From assembly GCF_009914755.1 (NCBI RefSeq), contig NC_060928.1: 64,000 nt of DNA. One strand, given 5' to 3'. A model generated the notes under the pieces. The model worked only from the letters and a program-made list of their open reading frames with translations. It was not told the DNA's origin and did not search any database. The first letter of the stretch is position 1; each line of letters opens with the position of its first letter. A program made the position numbers and the translations under genes. Of the stretch, positions 16,764-31,196 are shown in pieces. This DNA is from the human T2T-CHM13v2.0 reference genome, Homo sapiens.

Positions 16764-17154
16764 TTAAAAGAAAACAAATGTACTATGCACAATAATGTCA
16801 TTGATTTTTAAAAATTCTTTGTTGAAAGAAAACCAATATTTTATACTGTTTATGTTTAAATATAATACTTCTCAGGTCTTTCTACATAGTAATTTTATGA
16901 TTTGTTTTTAATGAAGCTTTCAAAGAAAAACTTTGGTCTCAAACTTTAAAATGGGTGAATTGCATAGTTTTGAATCTTCGCAGCTTGAGAAAAATTACTG
17001 GTAATTATGTTTAAAATTTGAACTGGTTGCATTGTGCTTTGCTTCTGATTTCTGTTGGCACTTGTGATAGTTTTTAAATGACCATAAAATCTTTGTGATT
17101 ATTTGCACTGAGCAGTGGAATATTTTTCCCCTCCTCTTATCTCTGGGTTGAATC

Positions 17155-17581
17155 TGTGAATCGGTTAACCAAAAGAATGTGGCAGAAGTGGGCATCATGC
17201 CAGTTGACAGCTTCCAATTTTACCTCTTCGAGCTCACTCTTGGGATGCTCTCTCTCAGAATCCAGCTACCATGTTCTGAGAAGCCCAAGCCACGTGGAGA
17301 GGCCACATATAAAGTAGCCACCATGTAAGTAAGCTTTGGCTAATAGCTCCAGGTGGGCTCCCAGCCAATAGCCAGCAGCCAGTAGCAAACATCAAATGTC
17401 AGCCATCTGAGTGAGCCATCTTGGACATTCCAAACTAATCAAGCCCACAAATGACAGGAGCCTATGCCAACATCACATAGAGGAGAAAAACCATTGTGGA
17501 GAGCCCAGTCAACCATAGAATTGTGAAATAATAAAGTGGTTATTACTTTAGACCATTAAATTTTGCTGTTGTGCAACAACA
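17155..17581 (+). mobile_element. MLT1 (F/G-like) MaLR LTR
   Basis: CCAGCTACCATGTTCTGAGAAGCCCAAGCCACGTGGAGAGGCCAC and an AATAAA/TTGTGCAACAACAGAT-type 3' end. Confidence 0.65.
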
Positions 17582-17912
<331 letters not shown>

Positions 17913-18206
17913 TAAAATGCTATTGCATGCTTTCATATCAGTTGGCCCTATCGAACACTACCATTGGGGGATGAAAGTTTATTGTTCGTATGGTCCACAA
18001 ATAAAGGCTTAAAACTTGCTTCTTAAATGTGCTATTTTAATTCTTCTGATAGTACACACACCATCTCAGACTGTACTGTTACCGACTTCTTTCACAATAA
18101 CTGATGTGGATATGATATTTGCATGACCTTGTGAAATGAAACCACATTCTTTCATACTTAAAAAAACTTTCTTGTTATGTAAGCACTCAGTTTCCCCATT
18201 CTAGAA

Positions 18207-18638
18207 CCTCTCTGATTGTACGTAATTCTCATACCCTCTCTGATCGTACGCGCTTCACACACCCTCTCTGATCGTACGCGCTTCTCACACCCTCTCTGAT
18301 CGTACACGCTTCTCACACCCTCTGATCGTACGCGCTTCTCACACCCTCTCTGATCGTACACGCTTCTCACACCCTCTGATCGAACGCGCTTCTCACACCC
18401 TCTCTGATAGTACGCACTTCTCATACCCTCTCTGATCGTACGCGCTTCTCACACCCTCTGATCGTACGCGCTTCTCACACCCTCTGATCGTACGCGCTTC
18501 TCACACCCTCTCTGATCGTATGCGCTTCTCACACCTTCTCTGATCACAGGTGCTTCTCATACCCTCTCTGATCATATGCGTTTCTCATACCCTCTCTGAT
18601 CATACACTTTTCATACCCTCTGATCACATGCACCTTTT
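18207..18638. repeat. Minisatellite, about 16 copies of a 26/28-bp unit CC(CT)CTCTGATCGTACGCGCTTCTCACA
   Basis: Direct tandem copies; edge copies are degenerate. Confidence 0.95.
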
Positions 18639-18663
18639 CGTGCCACATTGCTGGCATACTTAC

Positions 18664-19159
<496 letters not shown>

Positions 19160-19279
19160 CTATAAAATTTAACCAGTTTATTTTTGCATATAAAAACCAA
19201 AGTTTGCTTCTCAGATTTTAGAAAATACTATTTCCCTTATTGATCATAATACCTATGTTTTATGAAGTGTTATCTGCCA

Positions 19280-20700
19280 GTTTTTTACAGCTTAATTGAT
19301 ATGTAATTTACAAGCCACAAAATCCACCATTTAAAAGTGTGCAATTCAATGGCTTCAATATATTCACAGAATTATGCAATTATCACCACCATGTAATTTT
19401 AGAAAAATTTTCATCACTCCCCAGAATAAAAACATCCACACACCACTAAACTACTTTCTGTCTCTACAGATTTATATATTTGGGATATACAGTATAAATG
19501 GAATCATACAATATGTGGCCTCTTGTGACTAGCTTCTTTCACTTAGCATAATCCTTTCAAAGCTCATCTCATAGTACATGTTGTAGCATGTACTTAATTC
19601 CTTTTGATTGATTAATAATACTTTGTTATATGGATTTGCCACATTTTGTTTATCTATTCATCAGTTGATGCACATTTGTGTTGTTCTCACTTTGGGGCTA
19701 TTATGAATAATGCTATTATGAATGCTGCCATATCCTTCATTTTTGGCCATATGCTTTCATTTCTGTTGGGTAGATACTTAGAAGTGAAACTGCTAAGTTA
19801 AATGTTCATTCTATGTTTAACATTTTAAGGAACTACCAGACCGTTTTCCAAAATGGTCACACCATTTCAAATTTCTGCCAGCAATGTATGAAGGTTTCAA
19901 TAGCTCAACATACTCACCAACAATTGTTATTGTCTTTTTTATTTTAATCATCTTAGTGGGCATGAAGTGCATCTGTGGTTTTGATTTGCATTTCCCTAAT
20001 GACTAATAATGTTGAATAACTTTGTATAAGCTTATCAGCCATTTATACGTTCCTTGGAGAAATGTCTATTCAAATCATTTTCCCATTTTCAATGGGTTAT
20101 TTGTCTTGTTTTAGGGTTGTAAGATTTCTTTATCTATTTTGGATATAAATATTTTATCAGATATATGATTTGCAATTATTTTCTTTCAATCTATGGGTTA
20201 TCTTTTTACTTTCATGATGTCTTTAGAAGCATAAAACTTTTTAATTTTGATGAAGTACAAGTTGTCTATTTTTTTCTTTTGTCACTTGCAATTTTGTTGT
20301 CAGGTCCAATAAATAATTGTCTAAACCAAGGTCAGGAATTCTTAGGCTTTTTCTAAAAATTTTATAGTTTAACTCACATTTAGGACTTTGATCCATTTGA
20401 GTTAATTTTTGTATATTCTGTGAGGTAGGGGTGCAATTTCATTTTTTGCATGTCCCAACACCAATTGTTGAAAAAATCTATTCTTTCACCCATTGAATTG
20501 TCTTGACAACCATTGAAAATCAGTTGGCCTCAGATGTATGGTTTTATTTCTGGACTCTCAATTCTGTTCTGTTGATCTATATATAGTATCCTATGCCAAT
20601 ACCACACTATTTTAGTTGCTGCAGCTTTGTAGTAAGTTTTGAAAATGTGAGTTCTCCAACTTTATTCTTTTGTTTTGGGTATTCTGGTCCCTTAAAATTC
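19280..20700 (-). mobile_element. L1MB-like 3' fragment
   Basis: T-rich antisense L1 3' UTR and ORF2 end. Confidence 0.75.
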
Positions 20701-21780
20701 CAGTTTAACCATAGTGGCACATTGGTTGAACTAAGTACAGTTGATGAACTAAGGCTGATATATTTTTGTCATCCAAAGTCCACAGTTTACATTGGGGTTC
20801 ACTTTTGGTGTTGTGCAGTCTATGGGTTTTCACAAATGTATAATGATATGTATTCACCATAGTAATACAGTATTGTATAGAATAGTGACACTGCCCTAAA
20901 AATCCTCTGTGCTCTGCCTATTTCTCCTGCTATATCCATAGTTTTGTTATAGTTATATCCATAGTTTTGCCTTTTCCAAAATGTCATGTAGTTAGAATCA
21001 TACAGTATGTGGCCTTTTCTGAATGGCTTCTTTCACTCAGCAATTTGCTGCTAAGGTTCCTACATATATTTTCATGGCTTGATAGTTCACTTCCTTTTAG
21101 TGCTGAGTAATATTCCATAGTCTGGATATACCATGGCTTATTTATCCATTCACTTACTAACAAACATCTTGATAATCTTGATTGCCTCCAAGTTTTAGCA
21201 ATTATGAATAAAGCTGCTATAAACATCTTTTGTACAGATTTTTGTGTGGACATAGTTTTCAATTCATTTAAATAAATACCAAGGAATATGACTGCTGGGC
21301 TGTATGTTTGCAGTATGTTTAGTGTTGTAAGAAACTGCCAAACAATCTTCCAAAGTAGCTGTACCATTTTGGATTCTCACCAGCAATGAATGAGAGTTCC
21401 TGTTGTGCCACATCCTCACTTGCATTTGGTGTTGTCAGTGTTCCGGATTTTGGTCATTCTAATGGGTGTGTAATAGTCGTTGTTTTAATTTACAATTCCC
21501 TAATGATATATGATTTTGAACATTTCTTTATCTTGCCATCTGTATACCTTCTTTGGTGAGGTGTCTGTTCGGGTCTTTTACACATTTTAAAATCAGGTTG
21601 TTTGTTTTCTATTGCTGGGTTTTAAGAATTCTTTGTATATTTTGGGTAACAATCCTTTATCAAATGTGGTTTTTGCAAATATTTTCTCCCAGTTTGTGGC
21701 TTGTCTTATTCTCTTTACAGGTGTCTTTTGCAAAGCAGAAATTTTAAATTTTAATGAAGTCCAGCTTATCAATTATTTCT

Positions 21781-21844
21781 TTTTTTTTAAATTTTATTAT
21801 TATTATACTTTAAGTTTTAGGGTACATGTGCACAACATGCAGGT
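21781..21844 (-). mobile_element. Ultra-short young L1PA2/3-like 3' stub
   Basis: - strand reads ACCTGCATGTTGTGCACATGTACCCTAAAACTTAAAGTATAAT plus an A tail; perfect 17-bp TSD TTATCAATTATTTCTTT. Confidence 0.85.
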
Positions 21845-22112
21845 TTATCAATTATTTCTTTCAGGGACCATGCTCTTAGTGTGATATCTAAAAAGTCATC
21901 ACCATACCCAAGTTCATCTTAGATTTTCTCCTATACTCTAGAAGCTTTATAGTTCCACATTTTACATTTAGGTTTATGATCCACTTTGAGTTAATTTTTG
22001 TAAAGGCTCTGTGTCTAGATTCATTTCTTGCATGTGGATGTCCAGTTGTTCCACCACAACTTGTTGGAAAAGACTACTTTTGCTCCACTGTATTGCCTTT
22101 ACTCATTTGTCA

Positions 22113-22481
<369 letters not shown>

Positions 22482-23724
22482 CTATTCTTTCATCAGTATC
22501 ATGTTCTCTGATCACTGTGGCATAAGTCTTAAAGTCAGGTAGCGTCAGTCTTCCAATTTTGTTCGTCTCCTTCAAAACTGAGTTGGTTCTTTTGCCTCTC
22601 CACATAAACTTTAGAATCAGTTTGTCAATAGCCACAAAATAATTTGCTGGGATTTTGATTGCATTCAATCTGTAGATTAAGTTGGGAAAAACTGACATCT
22701 TAACGATTCTGAGTTTTCCCATCCATGAACCTGGACTATTTCTCCAACAAAGTTTTATAGTTTTCTTCATATAGATCTTGTACATATTTTGTTAGATTTA
22801 TAGCTATGTATTTCATTTTGGCGATGCTGGTGTAAATGATATTGGTTTTTAAATTCAAGTTCTACTTGTTTGTTGCTGGTATAGGGGAAAGTGATTGACT
22901 TTTGTGCATTAACACTGTATCTTGCAAACTTACTATAATCACTTATTAGTTCCAGGAGGGCTTTTTTGTCCATTCCTTCAGATTTTCTACATAGACAATC
23001 ACATCATGTGCAAACAAAGACAGTTTTTTCCCGCTCCCTTCCCAATTAATATACCCTTCATTTTCTTTCTGGTCTAATTGCATTAGCTACAACTCTCAGT
23101 ATGATGCTCAAAAGGAGTGGTAAGAAGGGGACATCCTTGCCTTGTTCTTGATCTTAGTGGGAAAATCCTCAAGTTTCTCACCAGCAAGTATGATGTTAGC
23201 TGTAGGTTTTTTTGTAGACAGTCTTTATCAAGTTGGGAAGTTTTCCTCTATTCCTCATTTGTTGAGAGTTTTTATCATGAATTAATGTTAGATTTTGTCA
23301 AATGCTTTTTTCTGCATCTATTGGTCTACAAACATAGCTTTTCTTCTTTAGCCTGTTGATGTGATGAATTATATTCATTGTTTTTCCAATGTGGAACCAG
23401 CCTTGTATGCCTAGAATAAATCCCACTTGGTTATGGTGTATAATTCTTTCTATATGTTGCTGGATTTGATTTGCTAACATTTTGTTGAGAATTTTTGCAT
23501 CTATGGTCATGAGAGATATTGGTCTATAGTTTTCTTTTCTTGTAATGTCTTTGTTTTGGTTTGGCATTAGTGTAATTCTGGCCTTATAGAATGAGTGATG
23601 AAGTATTCACTCAGGTTCTATTTTCTGAAAGAGACTATAGAGAATTGGTATAATTTCTTCCTTAAATGTTTGGTAGAATTCACGAGTGAACCTGTCAGAA
23701 CCTGGTGCTTTCTCTTTCAGAAAA

Positions 23725-24043
<319 letters not shown>

Positions 24044-25950
24044 TAGAAAATTATTAATTATTGATCTGATTTTTTAAATAGATACAGGCTATTCATTAGT
24101 AATTCATTAGTACAGCTGACATTAGTAATTTTTGAGCTTCTCTCTTTTCTTCTTAGCCTAGCTAGAGGCTAGTCAATTTTGCTCTTTTCAAATAACCAAC
24201 TTTTGGTCTCCTTTCTCTATTGATTTCCTATTTTCAATTTTATTGATTTCTGCTCTAATTCTTATTATATCTTTTATTTTTCTTACTTTAAATTTAAATT
24301 TTCTTTTTCTAGTTTCCTAAAGTGGAAACTTAGATTATTGATTTTTAGAGCTTTCTTCTTTTCTAAAATATGCATTTGATGCTATAAATTTCTATCTTCC
24401 CCAGGCATGGTGGCTTATGGCTGTAATCCCAGCATGTTGGGAGACCAAGGTGGGAGTATAGCATGAAGCCAGCAGTTTGAGGCTGCAGTGAGGTATAATT
24501 ATGCCACTGCATTCCCACTCCAGCCTGGGCTTCAGAGCAAGACCACAACGCAAAAAAAAAAAAAAAAAAAAAAAAAACAACTAAACAAAAACAAACAAAC
24601 AAAAAAATCCCCTCTAAGCACTGCTTTCACCACATCCCACAAATTTTAACAAGTGTATTTTCACTTTATTTAGTTCAAAATATTTTAAATTTCCCTTGAG
24701 ATTTCTTCTTTGATCCATGTGTTATCTAGAAGTGTATTGTTTAATCTCCAAGTATTTGGGGATTTTCCAGCAATTTTTCTGTTATTGATTTCTAGTTTAA
24801 ATACATAAGGATTGAGATCAGACATTGTATGGTTTCATTTCTATTTGCTCTTCGTTCTTATTTTTGTCTTCTACACTTTTTTAACCTGCCTTTTGTGGTT
24901 TTAACTGAGCATTTTATATTATTCTATTTTCTCTCCTTTCTTAGCATATCAATTATACTTTTCTAAAATCTTTTTTAAGTAGTTGCCCTATATTTAGCAA
25001 TATACATTTACCAAGTCCACTGTCAAATAACACTTTACCACTTCACAGGTAATGTAAGTACCCTATAATAAAATATTTCTATTTCTTCCCTCCCATTCCT
25101 TAAATCATTGTTATCATTAATTTCTCTTACATATAAGCATATATTTATATATAAGCATGTCATTGAATATATTGTTGCTATTCTTATTCAGAACTGTTAC
25201 CTGTTAAATCAATTAAATATTAGAAAAAATACTTAATGATACCTTCATTTATTCTTTTCCCAATGCTTTCTTTCTTTACGGATATCTGAGTTTCTGACAT
25301 ATATCATTTTCTTTCTCTCTAAAAAAAAAACAAAACTTCTTTTAATATTTCTTGTTCAAGGCAGGTCTACTAGCAACAAATTCCCTCAAAATTTTTTTTT
25401 TTTTTTGTCTAAGAAAGTCTTTACTTCTTCACTTTTTAAAATCTTTGATTTTAATTTAAAAATTAGCTTAATGATAAGTATAATTTAAGTATAATTTAAT
25501 GTCTATATGTAATACCATGTGTACATCTACATGAACACTGTATGTTTTACCTTGGTTTTATATCAAAGTTTTTACTTAAATCTTTACCAAGAGAAGAATC
25601 ACCATCTGTTAGTGACATATTGCAATTAAACTATGAAACGATTCTGAATTTTTTTTTTCTATTTTGAAGATACTTTTATTTTTAAGGAGGAATTAGTTTC
25701 TCTTCAGATGTTCATTTTTGACTCTGAAAATTTTAATTTTTTTTGGTCTAGACTGGTTTGAAACAGTGACATTATTTTGTGTACTAGGATGTCCTCTTGT
25801 TTGGACAGATTTATATACTAATTAGAAAGCTGCTAACACCCTTATTTCAACTCACTGAGATAATTTAGATTCTTAAAACATAAGGAGAGATAACTTGTTG
25901 GAAACATTTTTATAACTTTAGTTAAAAACAGTATAAAAAACATAAAACAC

Positions 25951-26260
25951 TTTTTTTTTTTTGAGACAGGGTTTCACTCTGTCACCCAGGCTGGAGCACA
26001 GTGGCGTGATCATAACTCAGTGCAGCCTTGAATGCCATGTGATACCCTCAAAGGATTCTCCTGGCTTAGCCTCCCAAGTAGCTGGCACTGTAGGCACATG
26101 CCACCATGCCTGGCTAATTTTTATTTATTTATTTTTTTTTGTAGCAAAGGGGTCTTGCTTTGTTGCCCAGGCCATTCTCAAATTCCTGGGCCCAAGTGAA
26201 CCTCCCACCTCTGGCCTCCCAAAGTGCTGGGATTACGGGCTTGAGCTGCTACTCCTGGCC
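25951..26260 (-). mobile_element. AluJ
   Basis: Diverged dimer; TSD at(a/g)aaacac. Confidence 0.85.
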
Positions 26261-27307
26261 ATGAAACACATTAAAACATTTTTAAGTCTACATGAAACAA
26301 CTGTACCTCCTTCATAGTACAGGATCAACTTCCTCATCCTTACACAAAAATATTTCTCAATTCCATTTACTGATATTCAGGGATTTGAATCCTCATATAG
26401 TGTTTCTGTAAAAATGTGTGTGTGTGTTTTACATGAAATCATAAATCACTAGTATTGTTTGAGTAACCCCCAAATAATGTTTACATGAAATACTCTTTTT
26501 TTCAAGTCTTGATCTGATTACTGACCACTACATCCTTGTGGTATCAAAACACTTAGAACTAAAGTAGCTTTACTGTTGAGTCAGGAGGAAAATGCATGGC
26601 AAGAACAGTTCCAGTTTGAAAAAAGGCAGGTCAAGATCCTTTCACCAAAGTTAGCCATTTTGAGTTTGGCATCTAATCAATGAGGAGTGGACTCCTTCAC
26701 TTGTGAAGGATAATTTTACAGGATACAGAATTCTAGATTTGTGGGTTTAAAAAAAATTCTCAACACTTTAAATATTTTATTCCGCTCTCTTCTTCCTTTC
26801 ATGGTTTCTGAGAATTCAATGTAATTCTTATCTTACCTCCTCTATACATAATGCCCCCCTCCCCTCAGCTTCTTTCACGATTTTTGAAAAATATTTTATT
26901 TTTCAAAGTTTAAATATGATATGCCTAGGTGTGGTTTATTGAGCACTTATCCTGTTTGGAGTTCTCTGAGCTTCCAGGAGGTGTGATTTGTTGTCAGACA
27001 TGAACTTGGGGGAAATTAATCATGAGCATTCTTCATTTCTGTTAGTGTTTTTGATCTCTAGCATTTCTTTTTGAGTCTTTATTAGAATTTCTATCTCTCT
27101 GCTTGTGTTTTCCATCTGCTCTTGCATGTTGTCTACTTTTTCCATTACCTCCAGTAGCACATTCATCTTATTTTTTTTTTTAAAGTCCTGGTCTAATAAT
27201 TTCAACACTCCTGCTATATATGACTCTAGTTCTCCTGCTTGTTCAGTCTCTTCAAGCAGTGTTTTTTGCCTTTTAGTATGCCTTGTAATTTTTTGTTGAA
27301 ATCTGGA

Positions 27308-27736
27308 TGCTATGGTTTGAATGTCCCCTCCAAAGCTCATGTTGAAACTTAATCACCAATGTGGCAATATTGAAAGTTGGGGCCTTTAAGAGGCAAATGG
27401 TTCCTGTGTGCCCTGCTTTCATGAATGGATTAATTCATTCAAAGATTCAGGGATTAATGGGTTAATGAATTAGTGGGTTATCATGGGAGTGAAATTGGTG
27501 GCTTTATAAGGAGACCTTAGCTAGAACGTTAGCACACTCAGCCTCCTTGCCATGTGATATCCTGTGCTGCCTCAGGACTCTTCAGAGAGTCCGCACCAGC
27601 AAGAAGGATCTCACCAGATGCACTCCCTTGACCTTGGACTTCTCAGTCTCCGTAACTATAACAAATGAGTTCCTTTTCTTTATAAATTACCCGGTTTTAT
27701 GTATTCTGTCATAAACAACAGAAAACAACTAAGACA
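27308..27736 (+). mobile_element. MSTB-like MaLR solo LTR inside L1
   Basis: TGCTATGGTTTGAATGTCCCCTCCAAA...AACTAAGACA. Confidence 0.8.
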
Positions 27737-27872
27737 CCAGACAGGATATACTGGATAAAAGGAATACTTGTAAGTAGTCTTTTAGTGGTATGTGGTAAGG
27801 TACAGGATAGGGCAAGTGTTCTATAGTCCTATGATTAGGCCTCAGCCTTTAGTGAGCCGGTGTGGATGGTAA

Positions 27873-28538
<666 letters not shown>

Positions 28539-28753
28539 TAAGTGGAACAGGATGGTTTATGGAGGCTGAAGTTGAGTATTTCCCTTCTCCCAGGTAGTTT
28601 AGGCTCTGATAAAACCCCAGCAGACTAGGCTTTGGTAAAAATACTTTCTCCTGAGGGCAGGTCTTGTTAAGAACTGATTGCTCTGGCTATTTTTAAATGG
28701 TTACCCTTTCAGCAGAGGAATCTTTCAGTAAAAATTTAAGTAATTAACCTAAC

Positions 28754-29250
28754 TGTCAGAGGCGTTTGAACCAGAGCGATTCCATTTTGAGTGAGGGCTA
28801 GGAAAATGAGGCTGAGACTTGCTGGGCTGAATTCTCAGAATTTGGGCATTCCTCGCCTCTAGATGTTTACGATTAAGGGAATAAATTAATAATGTTTACT
28901 AAAACAGACCCAGATATCGGGATATCTGGAGAACAAAGGCATTCCTAATTTTGCTTTAAAGATAATAATATCAATTCCTGCAAAATAATTAAGAAAATTA
29001 ATCTTTGATCACAAACCCTTGTAGCAGAGCACATCTCCCCATATATACAAGCATTGTACCTAGGGTGGATGCGTCCCTTCTCTTGCTTTCAGGAATGTCC
29101 TACTCTGTCTATGGAGTAGCTGTCCTTTCACCACTTTACGTGTTTTAATAAACTTGCTTTTCTCAGCACTGAGAACTCGCCCTGAATTCTTTCTTGCGCG
29201 CGATCCAAGAACCCTCTCTTGGGGTCTGGATCCGGACCCCTGTCGTAACG
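28754..29250 (+). mobile_element. MER41-family (C/D-like) ERV1 solo LTR
   Basis: Starts TGTCAGAGGCGTTTGAACCAGAGC, ends ..GGACCCCTGTCGTAACG; 4-bp TSD TAAC (28750-28753 / 29251-29254); AATAAA in the 3' part. Confidence 0.88.
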
Positions 29251-29363
29251 TAACTGAAAACCCCAGTGCAAAGGCATAGCACCCTACTTAAGAATTTGCA
29301 AACATTCATTATTAGTTATTTCAAATCATTGATTAACTTTCTCTAAGCCAATCAGATTCCTAC

Positions 29364-29439
29364 CTGATGTCGAAAAGAAAAGCAAAAGGTAGACTGTTTC
29401 AACACTTTCAGACGCTTGGGTAAAAGATGCACTTTCATG
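29364..29439 (-). pseudogene. Fossil-gene exon (76 nt)
   Basis: attatttatag|CAT...TCA G|gtagga; HESASFTQASESVETVYLLLFFSTS (another frame reads MKVHLLPKRLKVLKQSTFCFSFRHQ). Confidence 0.5.
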
Positions 29440-29630
29440 CTATAAATAATGCAGCACAAATACTATACAACAGGGCTTTATACTTGGGGAAAAGCTGCCA
29501 GATCCAAACTCTAAAGGAAAACTATTGGAGCTCATTTTTCCTGCCCACGTTAGCTAGCACATTTTGTTGACATTGAAAAAAAAAAAAGATTTTGGTGAAA
29601 CTGAAAAAAAAAAAGCACCAACAACCCTAC

Positions 29631-29682
29631 CTTGAAATAAACTATTGTACCTCTTATGCCTCCTCCCTTCTACCCCAGAAAC
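29631..29682 (-). pseudogene. Fossil-gene exon (52 nt)
   Basis: tctttttttcttccag|G TTT...TTC AAG|gtaggg; FLG*KGGGIRGTIVYFK. Confidence 0.45.
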
Positions 29683-30103
29683 CTGGAAGAAAAAAAGATA
29701 TACCCGAGCTCGTCCAACCCCTCTTTGCGTGGACTGTATAGGAGTATTTGGCCCATCCTGCCTCCTTTAATCTAACATTCTGCGTCTTTTTTCCTTCAGC
29801 TTCTCGGCGCCCCCTTTGGCCAGCACTGACATCTTAGTCATCGCGGTCCAAAATTTACGCACGCGCCTTTGAGGGCTCACAGAGCCCGTCTCTCCCGGAC
29901 GAATCTCATCCAATCAGAGCCAGCCAGGAAGCCGAGGCTCAGCAAGGCCTCGCGACGCCCAACTTCCCAGGGTTAGCGTCTCTGATGTCATGTGATTCCA
30001 CCCTCCGCCTCTCACCCACCCTCGCAGAGGGCGGTGCGCTTGGCCCGGCCCCTCGAGGCACCGCCTTTCAATTAGCACTCGCTGATTGGTCGCTGCTCGC
30101 GCG

Positions 30104-30117
30104 GTCTCCTGGGTGAC
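30104..30117. promoter_or_regulatory. Putative RFX X-box
   Basis: GTCTCC-TG-GGTGAC fits the imperfect palindrome GTYNCY-NN-RGNRAC, 79-92 nt upstream of the ATG of a ciliary IFT gene. Confidence 0.6.
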
Positions 30118-30195
30118 GGGAACGCGGTAGCCTGCTTGGTGGAGACCGGGTGCGCCTGCGTACTTCATAGTTCGCGTAGCGGCTCGAGCGTGGAG

Positions 30196-30201
30196 ATGAA
30201 G
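30196..30201 (+). CDS. WDR19: WDR19/IFT144 coding exon 1 (MK)
   Basis: GAG ATG AAG|gtaaat inside the CpG island; joins exon 2 in frame to give [10 protein letters not shown]. Confidence 0.93.
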
Positions 30202-30737
30202 GTAAATAACTTACAAATTCCCGGGGTGGGGCGGGAAAACGCGACTACTGGCCCTTGGTCGCTTTTAAAAGAGGATATCTGTCCCTCTCCCTTCTGAGTT
30301 CGTTGGAAATGAGGAAGAGAGAGAGAGAGAGAGGTGGCCAGAGAGAGCGGGGGCGAAGCTGAAGGGACGAGAGAAAGGAAAGAAAATAGGAGGAGAGGAG
30401 AGGGCGGAGAGAGAGGCCTCTCGTTTTGGGGACTGCAGACGCCGTAGAAGCGGTGCAGAAAGTGGGAACCCCTCCCTGGCCGAAATGAGCGGACTGGATC
30501 TAAAGATACCCCAGCTTCGCACGCGGAAAGAACTGGTCGAGTTAACGCGTTTGGAGGGTCGCTGTGAAGTTGACTGGGTCCGATGTCACGAGCTACCTCA
30601 TTTCTTGGGGCTAAGCCTCTGGCAAGCCGCGCAGCTGCCCAGCGCCTTAAAAAGAATGAAAAGCCTCCTAAAGAATAACCTCAAAATGTATTACCTGTGA
30701 CCAGTCCAATCACCTGCTAGCGAGTGTACATTATTGA

Positions 30738-31196
<459 letters not shown>

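Larger units (their letters stand above)
29780..30650. promoter_or_regulatory. CpG island promoter of WDR19, probably bidirectional
   Basis: Dense CpGs against a CpG-depleted background; CCAAT 29910-29914, inverted CCAAT 30085-30089, GC box 30029-30035, GTCATGTGA E/M-box 29987-29995; no TATA box seen. Confidence 0.88.

Noticed and set aside
18207-18638. Regular 26-28-bp repeats resembling a CRISPR array, and ORF 18158-18424
   Set aside because: Units are contiguous with no unique spacers, there are no cas genes and the context is eukaryotic. The ORF is a repeat translation.
30209-30228. ZNF143-like motif ACTTACAAATTCCCGGGGTG in intron 1
   Set aside because: Only a partial match; cannot be supported without a PWM scan or ChIP data.
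29914-30700. ORFs 29914-30168, 30265-30522 and 30485-30700
   Set aside because: Stop-poor GC-rich CpG-island sequence with no recognisable domain.
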